Virus record (IMG/VR): IMGVR_UViG_3300049255_000542
Origin: an uncultured virus (IMG/VR IMGVR_UViG_3300049255_000542)
Taxonomy: Duplodnaviria; Heunggongvirae; Uroviricota; Caudoviricetes
DNA: 64,000 nucleotides
Reading direction: 5' to 3' (one strand)
In this document: positions 55,100-64,000 of the stretch, piece by piece
How the letters are laid out: each line of letters begins with the position of its first letter
How positions within the stretch are numbered: position 1 is the stretch's first letter
Program-made: the position numbers and the translations under genes
The notes under the pieces: model-generated
Database searches by the model: none
Seen by the model: only the letters and a program-made list of their open reading frames with translations
Told to the model about the DNA's origin: nothing

Positions 55100-55284
55100 T
55101 GGGTGAGATCGCAGAAATGATGCTCGATGGAACTCTCTGCGAATGCTGCGGAGAGTACATCGACGATGACGGCGGTGAGGGTTTCCCTCGCTATTGCTCG
55201 GCTGACTGCGCGGCCGGTCATGGCATGACATACACGCCACCGGCGAAGCGCCAGTCCGACCGCAACAAGCGGCGGCGCCGATGA
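55099..55284 (+). CDS. Small Cys-rich phage protein
   Basis: MGEIAEMMLDGTLCECCGEYI...GFPRYCSADC. Confidence 0.7.
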   Translation: MGEIAEMMLDGTLCECCGEYIDDDGGEGFPRYCSADCAAGHGMTYTPPAKRQSDRNKRRRR

Positions 55285-55496
55285 CAACCTCTCACGACAT
55301 GATGCGCAGGGCGATGACCGATCACGGCATCACTGCCGCTGAACTGGTCGATTACATCCACCGCTCGATCGGTGGCGATCGCCAGCGCATCGACACCATC
55401 GTTCATAGCTTTGTCGCGGGCAATCCCGGACCTATGGCCGTTCACGTCGGCATCATCGGCATGGTCGCTGACCACGCGCGGTCTACGGTGCACTGA
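55281..55496 (+). CDS. Hypothetical protein
   Basis: ATGA overlap; in operon. Confidence 0.55.
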   Translation: MTTSHDMMRRAMTDHGITAAELVDYIHRSIGGDRQRIDTIVHSFVAGNPGPMAVHVGIIGMVADHARSTVH

Positions 55497-55685
55497 CATG
55501 GCCGTGCCCCAACAACAGCAAGCCGATAGCCGTATCACAGTCACCCTTAGCGAAATCGCGCACGGCCGTACTGACAACGGCAGGCCGCTCGCTGCCGAGA
55601 TCGCACGTCAGAAAGCACGCGAGGCGCTATCGGCTGCGGGCGTCGATTGGGACGGCGTGTTGAAAACGAGGAAGGAGCCGCCACG

Positions 55686-56042
55686 ATGACGGTTGCAGCT
55701 ATAGCGACATCGCATGCACGTGAGCAGATCGGCGTGAAGCTTCGCCGCGTCGGGCACACGCACGGCGTGCCGGTCGGCGGGATAGGGCATTGGTGCCCCG
55801 GTTGCGGGATCATGCACGTCTTCGCCGTCACGGAATGGGATGGCAACACGCGTGAGCCGACATTCTCAGTCGAGAAGAACCTTGCATGGGGAAACGCGCG
55901 CGATCCGAAATGGCGATGGGGCGGTGGCCGATGTCGCTACACGATCCGCACCGGCGTCATCGCGTTCGCCTCTGACTGCACGCACAAGCTGGCGGGGCAA
56001 AACGCGCCATTGCCAGAGCTTCCCGGCCACCTGCGAGACTGA
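55686..56042 (+). CDS. DUF6527-like Cys/His protein
   Basis: AAGGAG RBS; WCPGC..MH, WDGN..EPTFS, DCTHKLAGQ..PLP. Confidence 0.7.
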   Translation: MTVAAIATSHAREQIGVKLRRVGHTHGVPVGGIGHWCPGCGIMHVFAVTEWDGNTREPTFSVEKNLAWGNARDPKWRWGGGRCRYTIRTGVIAFASDCTHKLAGQNAPLPELPGHLRD

Positions 56043-56113
56043 CCGATGATCGGAGAGCTCGCACTGTTGATCATGGTCGCTGCAGCTGGCTGGCGCGTCT
56101 TCGGAGATCCGTC

Positions 56114-56749
56114 GTGAAGGATATCCCGATCATATTCTCCGCGCCGATGGTGCAAGCACTAATCCGAGAAGTCGAATATCCCGGCAACGGCAAGACGATG
56201 ACGTGGCGGCTGGCAAAGCGCGGCGTGCCATATGCGTCACCTTGGCGTCAGGTGAAGATTGGCGATCGCATGTGGGTCCGCGAAAATTTCTGCGGGCCTA
56301 AGATAATGTCGCAGACTACGCCGGCTGAGTGGGGAACACAGTGCCCGATTAGGTATGTGGCTGACGGGCTTCCTGGGTCTGACTGGACAAGGTCGCGGCC
56401 GTCAATCCACATGCCGCGCTTTTTCTCTCGCCTCAGTCTGATCGTTACCGCCACGAAGGTCGAGCGGCTGCAGGCGATCAGCGAAGCGGACGCGCGGGCA
56501 GAAGGTATCTTTTGGGATTTTTCACGTGATCCATTCGCGAGAGGCCCAGGGGCTTGCCACTACGGCACATCTGCATTGGACACCGCCAATGGACGTCGCG
56601 GCTTTAACACGGCGCGCGGAGCATTTCAGGAACTTTGGAATCGTCTTCACGGCACTGGCGCGTGGGATGCAAACCCAGAAGTGGTAGCCATGACCTTCAC
56701 CGTGCATCGCTGCAACATCGACGCGATGCCGAAGGAGATCGCAGCGTGA
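56114..56749 (+). CDS. ASCH/PUA-like phage protein
   Basis: PIIFSAPMV.A, GKTMTWR, GDRMWVRE, RPSIHMPR..SRL, VERLQAISE.DA.AEG, WDANP.V. Confidence 0.8.
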   Translation: MKDIPIIFSAPMVQALIREVEYPGNGKTMTWRLAKRGVPYASPWRQVKIGDRMWVRENFCGPKIMSQTTPAEWGTQCPIRYVADGLPGSDWTRSRPSIHMPRFFSRLSLIVTATKVERLQAISEADARAEGIFWDFSRDPFARGPGACHYGTSALDTANGRRGFNTARGAFQELWNRLHGTGAWDANPEVVAMTFTVHRCNIDAMPKEIAA

Positions 56750-56952
56750 GCCTTAGCCAGAAAATCGAGCACGCGCTCGCAAAGAGTCTCCGCGATCGCG
56801 GCTATCAGATCGCCGAAGATGGCGACTGCTACGCCATCATGCGTCGGCACTGCGCAATGGCAATGGCCGGCGAACCGTGTGCCAGCCGCGGTGATGGGAA
56901 GATCAGTCTCACCGAAATCGCCCGCGAAATCGAGAGCGAGGTCGCGGTATGA
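56746..56952 (+). CDS. Hypothetical protein
   Basis: AAGGAG RBS, GTG start. Confidence 0.6.
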   Translation: MSLSQKIEHALAKSLRDRGYQIAEDGDCYAIMRRHCAMAMAGEPCASRGDGKISLTEIAREIESEVAV

Positions 56953-57215
56953 GTTTTCCGCCGCCTGCGCACGGGTGGACCTGTTTCCACTGCGATGAAA
57001 CATTCCATACTTGGATCGACGCGCGCGATCATTTCGGTGCTGCGCCAAACGCCGAACCGGCCTGTCTCATAAATCGCGATCAGCTTGGCTTGCTGAGAAG
57101 ATTGCGTGAAGCCGAACAGGAACGTGACGAATTGCGGGTCCGAAGGCTCGCACAACAGATGGAAATCGACGAAGAGGAAACAGTCGCACGTTTCCGAGCA
57201 CAGCGTGAACCATGA
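56949..57215 (+). CDS. Small Zn-finger protein
   Basis: WTCFHCDETF...ARDHFG. Confidence 0.7.
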   Translation: MSFPPPAHGWTCFHCDETFHTWIDARDHFGAAPNAEPACLINRDQLGLLRRLREAEQERDELRVRRLAQQMEIDEEETVARFRAQREP

Positions 57216-57514
57216 GCAACGATCCACTCATCGGCGACTGGCCGGAGGGTGAATCCCGCACGGTCGATATCGAACTTCGACCGTGCCCGTTCTGCCATCA
57301 TCGGCCGATCGCCACGTACATCCCACCACACACGCACGGCATTTCAAAGCTGCCGCCATTCCTCGGCGCTTTCTATATCGAGTGCTCCCACTGCGAAGTG
57401 ATGATGATGGGCGACGAAATGCTCGATCTACAAAGCAAGTGGAACGATCGACCTTACGACCTGGCCGTTGCCTGTCGCGTCGAGGTGATGAAAGAGCCGA
57501 AGCCGCCAGAATGA
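57212..57514 (+). CDS. Lar-like (restriction alleviation) Zn-ribbon protein
   Basis: ELRPCPFC...IECSHC...KWNDR. Confidence 0.65.
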   Translation: MSNDPLIGDWPEGESRTVDIELRPCPFCHHRPIATYIPPHTHGISKLPPFLGAFYIECSHCEVMMMGDEMLDLQSKWNDRPYDLAVACRVEVMKEPKPPE

Positions 57515-57687
57515 CGCGTGCCCTCTCCTTCACCAAAGCAAAACTGCGACGCGCGATCGAGGCCGCGCGCGAGGCAGGCTTGCGCGTGACGGGCATCGCG
57601 CCGGACGGCACGCTCCTCTTGGATGACCACAGCAATCCACAGGCAGAAGAAAAGTCCGTTGAGGAAACGCGCGAAGTGGTGCTGTGA
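57511..57687 (+). CDS. Putative excisionase/recombination directionality factor
   Basis: FTKAKLRRAIEAAREAGL.V...APDGT; overlaps the integrase start. Confidence 0.6.
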   Translation: MTRALSFTKAKLRRAIEAAREAGLRVTGIAPDGTLLLDDHSNPQAEEKSVEETREVVL

Positions 57688-58784
57688 TGGAAGGCGTGCC
57701 CCGCCAGCGTCCGCCCCACTTGCACCGCGAAGTCAACCGCCACGGGCGGCCGGTCTGGTATGTGCGCGTCGGCAAGGGTCCGCGCACGCGCATCAAAGGC
57801 GAGTACGGCACGCCAGAATTCACGACGGCTTATGACGCCGCGATCGGCGGCAAGCCAGCGCCGGCGCCGCAACAGTTCAACGCAAAGACACTCGGCTGGC
57901 TGATTGAACGGTATCGCGACAGCGCCGCATGGGCGGAGCTCTCGCCGGCGACACGTCGCCAACGCGAGTGCATCCTGCGCGCCGTCACTGAGACTGCTGG
58001 CCGCGACCCATTCTCCCGCATTGACAAAGCAGCGATCGAGCGCGGTATCGAGCGCCGCACCAAGCCGCACGCGAAACGTCACTTCCTGCAAACGATGCGC
58101 GGGCTATTCCAGTGGGCGCTTAAGGCGCAACACGCCAGCAATGATCCCACGGTGGGCATCAAGAGTATTCGACCGCAGACCGAGGGCCACACGCCCTGGC
58201 CCGACGATTGGTGCGAGAAGTTCGAGCGCCGCTGGCCTCTCGGCACACGCGAGCGCCTGGCCTATGAAGTAGTGTTGCAGACCGGCCTCCGCCGCGGTGA
58301 CTCCGTGCGTGTCGGGCGTCCGCACGTAAAGGTTATGCCGGTTGGCAAGCCGCCAGTGCCGACTCGCGTGATAACGATCCGCACTGAAAAGCACGCGCCG
58401 GGTAAGCTTGGCGAGATCGTCACCATCAAGATAACGCCGGAGCTCCAAGCTGCGATCGATGCAGGTCCGGTCGGCGACCTCGCTTTCATCTGCGGCGACA
58501 AGGGCCGACCGATGAAGAAGGAGTCCTTCGGCAACTGGTTCGGCGAGGTCTGCCGGGCGACCGGCATCCCCGGCACGGCTCACGGTCTGCGGAAGACGCG
58601 CGCCACGCGCGCGGCGAACAACGGCGCCACCGAAGCCGAGCTCGAGGCCATGTTCGGTTGGGCGCGTGGAAGCAAGGAAGCGGCCGAGTACACCCGCAAG
58701 GCCGATCGCGTCCGGCTCGCCCTGCAGGGGTCGGCGAAGCTGGAAGACGACAACAAAAGTAGAACCTCTATTCCCGCACTCTGA
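57684..58784 (+). CDS. int: Tyrosine integrase
   Basis: TGLRRGD (R), EK (K), HGLRK (HxxR), FGW, YTR (Y); adjacent to att/tRNA. Confidence 0.95.
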   Translation: MMEGVPRQRPPHLHREVNRHGRPVWYVRVGKGPRTRIKGEYGTPEFTTAYDAAIGGKPAPAPQQFNAKTLGWLIERYRDSAAWAELSPATRRQRECILRAVTETAGRDPFSRIDKAAIERGIERRTKPHAKRHFLQTMRGLFQWALKAQHASNDPTVGIKSIRPQTEGHTPWPDDWCEKFERRWPLGTRERLAYEVVLQTGLRRGDSVRVGRPHVKVMPVGKPPVPTRVITIRTEKHAPGKLGEIVTIKITPELQAAIDAGPVGDLAFICGDKGRPMKKESFGNWFGEVCRATGIPGTAHGLRKTRATRAANNGATEAELEAMFGWARGSKEAAEYTRKADRVRLALQGSAKLEDDNKSRTSIPAL

Positions 58785-58841
58785 GGTCAGGTGCGGGCGC
58801 TACGCCTAAAACCCCTGCCCTTTCAACGGCAAATTTTGATC

Positions 58842-58857
58842 GTGGTGGGCCCGGGAG
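58842..58857. repeat. att core, right copy
   Basis: Identical to 1475-1490. Confidence 0.92.
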
Positions 58858-58918
58858 GACTCGAACCTCCAACCAAGCGGTTATGAGCCGCTAGCTCTGA
58901 CCATTGAGCTACGGGCCC
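58843..58918 (-). tRNA. tRNA-Ile2 (CAT anticodon, lysidine type); integration target
   Basis: GGGCCCG...AGCGG-CTCATAA-CCGCT...GGTTCGAGTCC...CGGGCCCACCA, 76 nt; fully paired acceptor stem; resembles Ile2 more than Met. Confidence 0.9.
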
Positions 58919-59176
58919 GCGCCGGAACTCATGCATCGGCCGGAGCGGAACCCATACCATACAGGGCGGCGCTGTGGCGGTCATCGCGCCGTTGCCAAAC
59001 CCGGCCACAAACTAACCGCAAAGTTATCCATTCAATCGCGACGAAGCGGTGCTGCGATCAAACGAGGGCGCAAACCGGCACCTCTTTCCGACTTCCGCGA
59101 GACCGACTGGACGGCAAGGCTTGGCAACACCACAGCCTTCGTCACCGCGGTGAAGATGCGCCACGAGGGGAAGACA

Positions 59177-62032
59177 ATGTTCCGATTGATGTCACTCGCG
59201 GCCGCGGTCCGCGCCACACTGGCACTCGCCGCCGCGGCATCCGCTGTCGCGGCAATACCGGGCCCGGCGGCCGCCGCCGAGTGGCCGCAGGCGCACAGCG
59301 ATTTGCGGGCCGATCCGGCGGTGCTGTTCGGCTCCCTGCCGAACGGCATGCGCTACGCCATCATGCACAATGCGACGCCGAAGGGCGCCGTTTCGATGTG
59401 GCTGGATATCGGCGCCGGATCGCTCGAGGAAAGCGATGCCCAGCAGGGGCTGGCCCACTTTCTCGAACACATGGCGTTCCGCGGTTCAAAGCACGTGCCG
59501 GAAGATCAGGTGTGGCCCGGCCTGCAACGGCTGGGAATGGAGGTCGGCGCCGACGCCAACGCCGCGACGCTGTTCGGATCTACCCAATTTCAGTTCAATC
59601 TTCCGAGGAACGATGCGGCGACGGTCGACAGCGGCCTGTTGCGATTGCGCGATATCGCCGGTGACCTGACGCTCGCCCAAAGCGCGATGGACGCCGAGCG
59701 GGGCGTTATCCTGTCCGAGGAACGGTTGCGGGATTCGCCGGGCTATCGAATGGCGAAGCACCACATCGGATCGCTGTTTCCGAACGGCCGGCCGTCGCAG
59801 CGCATGCCGATCGGCCTGACCGAGATCATCAAGCACGCGCCGGTCAGCGACATTCGCGACTATTACAACGCCTATTACCGGCCGGAGCGGGCGACGCTGG
59901 TCGTGATCGGCGACATCGACCAGAAGGCGATCCAGGAGAAGATCCTCAAGCTGTTCTCCGACTGGAAGCCGGTGGGTCCGGCCGGCGCCGGTCCGGTCAC
60001 GCCCGCGATAACCGCGCAAGGGCCGCAGGCTGATCTGTTTGTCGAGGCGGGCGCGCCTTCGCTGCTGTCGCTCGACTTTGTGCTGAAAGCGGCACCGGAC
60101 TCGATCGCGCGCGAAACCGACGACTACAACAAGCTGATCGCGTTCCAGATCCTGACAAACCGGCTGCGCAACGCCAAAAACGGGGCGGAGAACGTGTTCG
60201 TCAGTGTCGAGCCCGGTTCCGACAACCAGTTTCCGGGGGCGGTAATCTGGTCGGTCTCTGCTGTCATTCGGCCGGAGAATTGGCGAAACGCGCTTGACGC
60301 CGCAACCGTCGCGGTGCGCCAGATGCAGCAATTCGGCGTCACAGCCGCCGAACTGCAAGAGGCCAAAGAAGAGTTGAATGCCGGGCTCCGGCAGCTCGCC
60401 GACAACGCCCGTACGTTGCCGAGCCGTTTTATCGCCAAGCAGATCGTCGACCAGAGCAACCAGAACGACGTCTATGTGAGCCCGACCGACAGCCTGGCGC
60501 TGGCCGAGAAACTCTCCAAGGCTCTCACGGTCGACGCGTTGAATACGGCATTCCGGTCGCTCGTTCGCGACCGCGGTCCGATGTTTTTCATTTCGAGTCC
60601 GACCCCGATCGAAGGCGGCAAGCCTGCCGTGGCTGCCGCGCTCGCGGCGGCTGAAAAAATGCCGCTGCTCGCGCCGGCAGCAGCGGCCAGCCTCGCCTGG
60701 CCGTACACTTCGTTCGGACCGGACGGGAAGGTCGTCGAGCGCAAGCTCGTCGCGGATCTGCAAACCACGTTCGTGCGCTTTGCCAATGGCGTGCGGCTGA
60801 CGGTCAAGCCGACCACGTTGAAGACCAGCGAGATCGTGGTGAACGTCAAGATCGGCCGCGGCCGGCTCGATCTGCCGGCGAACAGCGCCGCGCCGATCTG
60901 GGCGGTCAGCGGCGGCAGGTTCTTTCTGCAGGGATTAAAGGCCATCAGCATCGAAGACCTTAATCGGGTCCTGTCCGGCAAAGTGCCGGCAGCCACGGCG
61001 GGCATTTTCGACACCGGGCTGATGTTGCGCGGCCGCACCCGGCCGGCTGATCTCCCCACGCTGCTGCAAGTCTTCACCGCCTATGTGAGCGCACCGGGCT
61101 TTCGCCCCGGCGCGACCGAACGGGCCCGCGCCGACGAGATCGACGATCTTCGTTCGGCCGAAGCTTCGCCGACACTGCTGTTGCGACGCATGCTGCCTTG
61201 TCTGTTGCACGACCATGACGCGCGCTGGTGCGCGCCATCCGCGGCGGACCTCGCCTCGACCCGGCCCGCGGCGGTCGCGGCGATGCTGACCCCGATCCTG
61301 GCCTCGGCGCCGATCGAGGTGACGATGGCGGGCAACGTTTCGGTCGACGACGCCATCAAGGCCACTGCCGCGACCTTCGGCGCATTGCCGCAGCGAACGG
61401 ATACGGGCGCGGCGCCGGCCGGGGCGGCGGCGATGCACTTTCCGGCCGCGACACCGGTGCCAGTCGAACTTCATCACGGCGGCCGGGCCGATCAGGGCGT
61501 CGCCGCGCTGGCATGGCCCACCACCGATGCATTCGACCTGAAGAAATTCGAGGCCCTGCGCATTCTCAAATCGGTCCTCGAAACCCGCATGACCAATCGG
61601 CTGCGGATCCAGGATGCCGTCACCTATAGTCCGTCGACCAGCCTGCTCGGTTCGACCGTCTCGCCGGGCTACGGGTATCTGGTGGTTCTGACCGAACTGC
61701 CGCCGGCCAAAATGCCGCTGTTCTTCACCACGGTCAGCGCCATCGCCACCGACCTGAAGTCGCAACCGATATCGGCAGATGAACTCGAGCGGGCGCGCAA
61801 ACCGGTGATCGAGAGCCTGCTGACCCTGCAGCAGACCAACGCCTACTGGTCCGAGGCTCTCGCCGGGGCCCAGGAGGACGCTCGCCGGCTTGACATCATC
61901 CGCGACACGGTGCCGCTGCTGCTGAAACTGACGCCGTCGGACATCGAGCAGACCGCAAATCGCTTTCTGTCGGACGGCAAGGCCTGGAAACTCGAAATCA
62001 CCGCAGCACCGCCGTCGGCGAGTCTGCGATGA
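59177..62032 (+). CDS. M16 family zinc peptidase (PqqL-like), secreted (host)
   Basis: Signal peptide; GLAHFLEHMAF inverted zinc motif; ERGVILSEER. Confidence 0.93.
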   Translation: MFRLMSLAAAVRATLALAAAASAVAAIPGPAAAAEWPQAHSDLRADPAVLFGSLPNGMRYAIMHNATPKGAVSMWLDIGAGSLEESDAQQGLAHFLEHMAFRGSKHVPEDQVWPGLQRLGMEVGADANAATLFGSTQFQFNLPRNDAATVDSGLLRLRDIAGDLTLAQSAMDAERGVILSEERLRDSPGYRMAKHHIGSLFPNGRPSQRMPIGLTEIIKHAPVSDIRDYYNAYYRPERATLVVIGDIDQKAIQEKILKLFSDWKPVGPAGAGPVTPAITAQGPQADLFVEAGAPSLLSLDFVLKAAPDSIARETDDYNKLIAFQILTNRLRNAKNGAENVFVSVEPGSDNQFPGAVIWSVSAVIRPENWRNALDAATVAVRQMQQFGVTAAELQEAKEELNAGLRQLADNARTLPSRFIAKQIVDQSNQNDVYVSPTDSLALAEKLSKALTVDALNTAFRSLVRDRGPMFFISSPTPIEGGKPAVAAALAAAEKMPLLAPAAAASLAWPYTSFGPDGKVVERKLVADLQTTFVRFANGVRLTVKPTTLKTSEIVVNVKIGRGRLDLPANSAAPIWAVSGGRFFLQGLKAISIEDLNRVLSGKVPAATAGIFDTGLMLRGRTRPADLPTLLQVFTAYVSAPGFRPGATERARADEIDDLRSAEASPTLLLRRMLPCLLHDHDARWCAPSAADLASTRPAAVAAMLTPILASAPIEVTMAGNVSVDDAIKATAATFGALPQRTDTGAAPAGAAAMHFPAATPVPVELHHGGRADQGVAALAWPTTDAFDLKKFEALRILKSVLETRMTNRLRIQDAVTYSPSTSLLGSTVSPGYGYLVVLTELPPAKMPLFFTTVSAIATDLKSQPISADELERARKPVIESLLTLQQTNAYWSEALAGAQEDARRLDIIRDTVPLLLKLTPSDIEQTANRFLSDGKAWKLEITAAPPSASLR

Positions 62033-62136
62033 AACTGTCGCAATCTATGCAAACTTCCAGGTTCCAACTCCGGGGGGGGTGTGCTATGTTTCGTGCACTC
62101 TCCTCGCACAATAACGTCCAAGGCAGGGGCTATCAG

Positions 62137-64000
62137 ATGCAAAGGGTGGTTTTGGCGGCGGCATCGTTTGCCGCGTTTGTTTGTTTGTGGGTGCTTCCGG
62201 CGGCGGCGCAGTCGCGGGTCGCACTGGTGATCGGCAACAGCGCCTATCAGGGCGCGGCGCCGCTGAAGACCACCGCGGCGGACGCCACGCTGATGGCGTC
62301 GACATTGACGGCCGCAGGCTTCGACGTGGTGCAGGCCAACGACGTCACGGTCGCCAATATCGGCGACGCCTTTACGAATTTCATCAACAAGGTGACCGCG
62401 GCAGGTCCGAACGCGATCGCCTTCGTGTATTACGCCGGCTACGGCGCGCAGTATAACGGCGACAGCTTTCTGGTCCCGGTCGACGCCAAGATCACAACCG
62501 CCGAGGACGTGCAAAATCAGAGCCTGTCGCTCTCCGACATCATCAAGGCGATGACGCCCCTGCCCGCCGCCGCGCGCATCATCGTGCTCGATGCGGCGCG
62601 CGACGCCGGCTTCGGCGCCGGCAGCCAAAACCCGGTCGCGCCCGGACTTGCGCTGGTCGGCGTTCCGGACGGCTTTTTGGTCGCCTATCCGGCGGCGCCC
62701 GGCTCAGTGATCTGTTCTTGCGCGCCGAACGAGGCCAATAGTCCGTACGCGTCGTCGCTGGCCACTTTGCTGCGCCAGGCGGGGCTCGATATCGCTCAGG
62801 TGTTTGACGGGGTGCGCTTGCAGGTGAACCAGGCCTCAGGCGGCGCGCAGACGCCGTGGATGGTCTCGGCGCTCAGTGTCGGGGTCAAGTTCTTCCAGGC
62901 GACCGCCCAGGCGCCGACCACTCTCTTGCCGGCGTGCGGCGTGACCAACATTCCGATCCCGCCGCTGGTCCGCACCAAGCTGACCCGAGCCCGCTATCAC
63001 TCCTACTCGGCCGACGAGGCCTATCGCATCGCCATCGAGCGTGACTCGCTCGAGACCTACCAGTGGTTCGTCGAAGATTTTCCGACCTATCACCTCGCGG
63101 GACAGGTCTGGCACATCATCAATCGGCGTCGCGAGTCGATCCTGTGGCACCGCGCTCTGGTGGTCGGCACCACTGCCGCCTACTGGAACTATCTCGATGC
63201 CTACCCGCGCGGCGTTTACATCCACGAAGCGAACTACTGGCTGCGAAGCCATCGCGCGCCGTTGCTGCCTCGGGACTATCGGCCAGTGCCCATCATCCTG
63301 CCGCCGGGGTATCGCGACGAAGCCTACGGTCTGGCGTATGTGGTCGAGCGAGGCCACACGGCGAAGTATGCGGTCTTCGGAGACACCAGGCCGATTTACG
63401 TGACGCCTGCCCAGCGATGGACCCCGCCAACCACAGTCATCGTCGTCAGGCCGCCACCGCCGCCGCCGCCGCGTACGCTGATCGTCAACAACATTACCGT
63501 CATCCAGCGGAACAGCACCGAAACCGTGCAACCGGTGCCTCATTATATCGGCGGGTGTGCCGGCACGAGGGAGGGCTGCGTCACAGGCCAAAGAGAGCGC
63601 GAACTGCGAGAGTGGCAGGTTACGTTGAACCGACAGAACGAAGCCGTCGCCAAGCAGTATCACGCACCGGTGGTGGCAACGACCAGCATCGTGCTGCCGC
63701 CGAAAACACAGCCGTCGCACCCGGTCGGTATCCAAATCGCGAAACCGAACCCGAACGTCGTCATCAGGCCGCCACTGCCCGATAAGCCACTGACAACGCC
63801 GGGCAAGCCCGCGATCGGCGTCAAGCCGACGACCAATCCGAGCGTCGTCACCACGACGCCGCCCGGCAAGCCGGTGACACCGCCCGGCAGACCTGAAATT
63901 GGCCATCCGACGACCCCGAGCGTCGTGACCACAACACCGCCCGGCAAACCGGTGACGCCGCCCGGCAGACCTGCAATCGGCCATCCGACAACGCCAAGCG
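62137..64000 (+). CDS. Secreted caspase-like (peptidase C14) protein with substituted catalytic dyad and Pro/Thr-rich repeats; runs off the window (host)
   Basis: Signal peptide, RVALVIGNSAY, FVYYAGYG (His to Tyr), IVLDAARD (Cys to Ala); absent from the ORF track, consistent with no stop before the window end. Confidence 0.85.
   Translation, partial: MQRVVLAAASFAAFVCLWVLPAAAQSRVALVIGNSAYQGAAPLKTTAADATLMASTLTAAGFDVVQANDVTVANIGDAFTNFINKVTAAGPNAIAFVYYAGYGAQYNGDSFLVPVDAKITTAEDVQNQSLSLSDIIKAMTPLPAAARIIVLDAARDAGFGAGSQNPVAPGLALVGVPDGFLVAYPAAPGSVICSCAPNEANSPYASSLATLLRQAGLDIAQVFDGVRLQVNQASGGAQTPWMVSALSVGVKFFQATAQAPTTLLPACGVTNIPIPPLVRTKLTRARYHSYSADEAYRIAIERDSLETYQWFVEDFPTYHLAGQVWHIINRRRESILWHRALVVGTTAAYWNYLDAYPRGVYIHEANYWLRSHRAPLLPRDYRPVPIILPPGYRDEAYGLAYVVERGHTAKYAVFGDTRPIYVTPAQRWTPPTTVIVVRPPPPPPPRTLIVNNITVIQRNSTETVQPVPHYIGGCAGTREGCVTGQRERELREWQVTLNRQNEAVAKQYHAPVVATTSIVLPPKTQPSHPVGIQIAKPNPNVVIRPPLPDKPLTTPGKPAIGVKPTTNPSVVTTTPPGKPVTPPGRPEIGHPTTPSVVTTTPPGKPVTPPGRPAIGHPTTPS
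63841..64000 (+). repeat. 78-bp coding repeat (SVVTTTPPGKPVTPPGRPxIGHPTTP)
   Basis: Units start at 63841 and 63919. Confidence 0.8.

Larger units (their letters stand above)
1475..58857. mobile_element. Complete temperate prophage (~57.4 kb), siphovirus-like with GTA-related tail genes, integrated at tRNA-Ile2(CAT)
   Basis: 16-bp direct repeat at both ends matching the tRNA 3' end; tyrosine integrase adjacent to the tRNA; head, tail, lysis, replication and immunity modules all present. Confidence 0.95.

Noticed and set aside
58823..59008. 61-aa minus-strand ORF and the upstream extension of the M16 ORF
   Set aside because: Translations of the tRNA-Ile2 gene and its promoter region
62072..62079. 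G8 tract upstream of the pseudo-caspase as a phase-variable switch
   Set aside because: Short, intergenic, and no evidence it lies in a promoter spacer

Overview
Most of the window (about 1475-58857, ~57.4 kb) is an apparently complete temperate siphovirus-like prophage of an alphaproteobacterium. It is integrated in the 3' end of a tRNA-Ile2(CAT) gene with a 16-bp att core (GTGGTGGGCCCGGGAG at 1475-1490 and 58842-58857). Host genes flank it: a GT2 glycosyltransferase on the left, and an M16 peptidase and a catalytically dead caspase-like protein on the right. The minus strand carries the late operon (terminase, portal-MuF fusion, protease/scaffold, capsid, GTA-like tail, lysis). The centre and right hold a CI/Cro switch, primase-helicase, recombination genes, a phage tRNA-fMet and the integrase. 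Main points of interest: (1) phage mimics of host cell-cycle/nucleoid regulators (GcrA, SciP-like, DnaA domain IV, GapR-like/RMF-like); (2) a radical SAM + amino-methyltransferase-like + ParB-like + cold-shock cluster next to the terminase; (3) a C12 tract that puts out of frame a C-terminal tail module also found on a second tail protein; (4) short modules re-used between virion proteins, including a copy of the capsid N-terminal arm ahead of the protease; (5) a structured RNA candidate before the capsid gene; (6) a 14-bp operator shared by three promoters and GGGGACA repeats at two loci. Family assignments come from motif recognition by eye, not from database searches.
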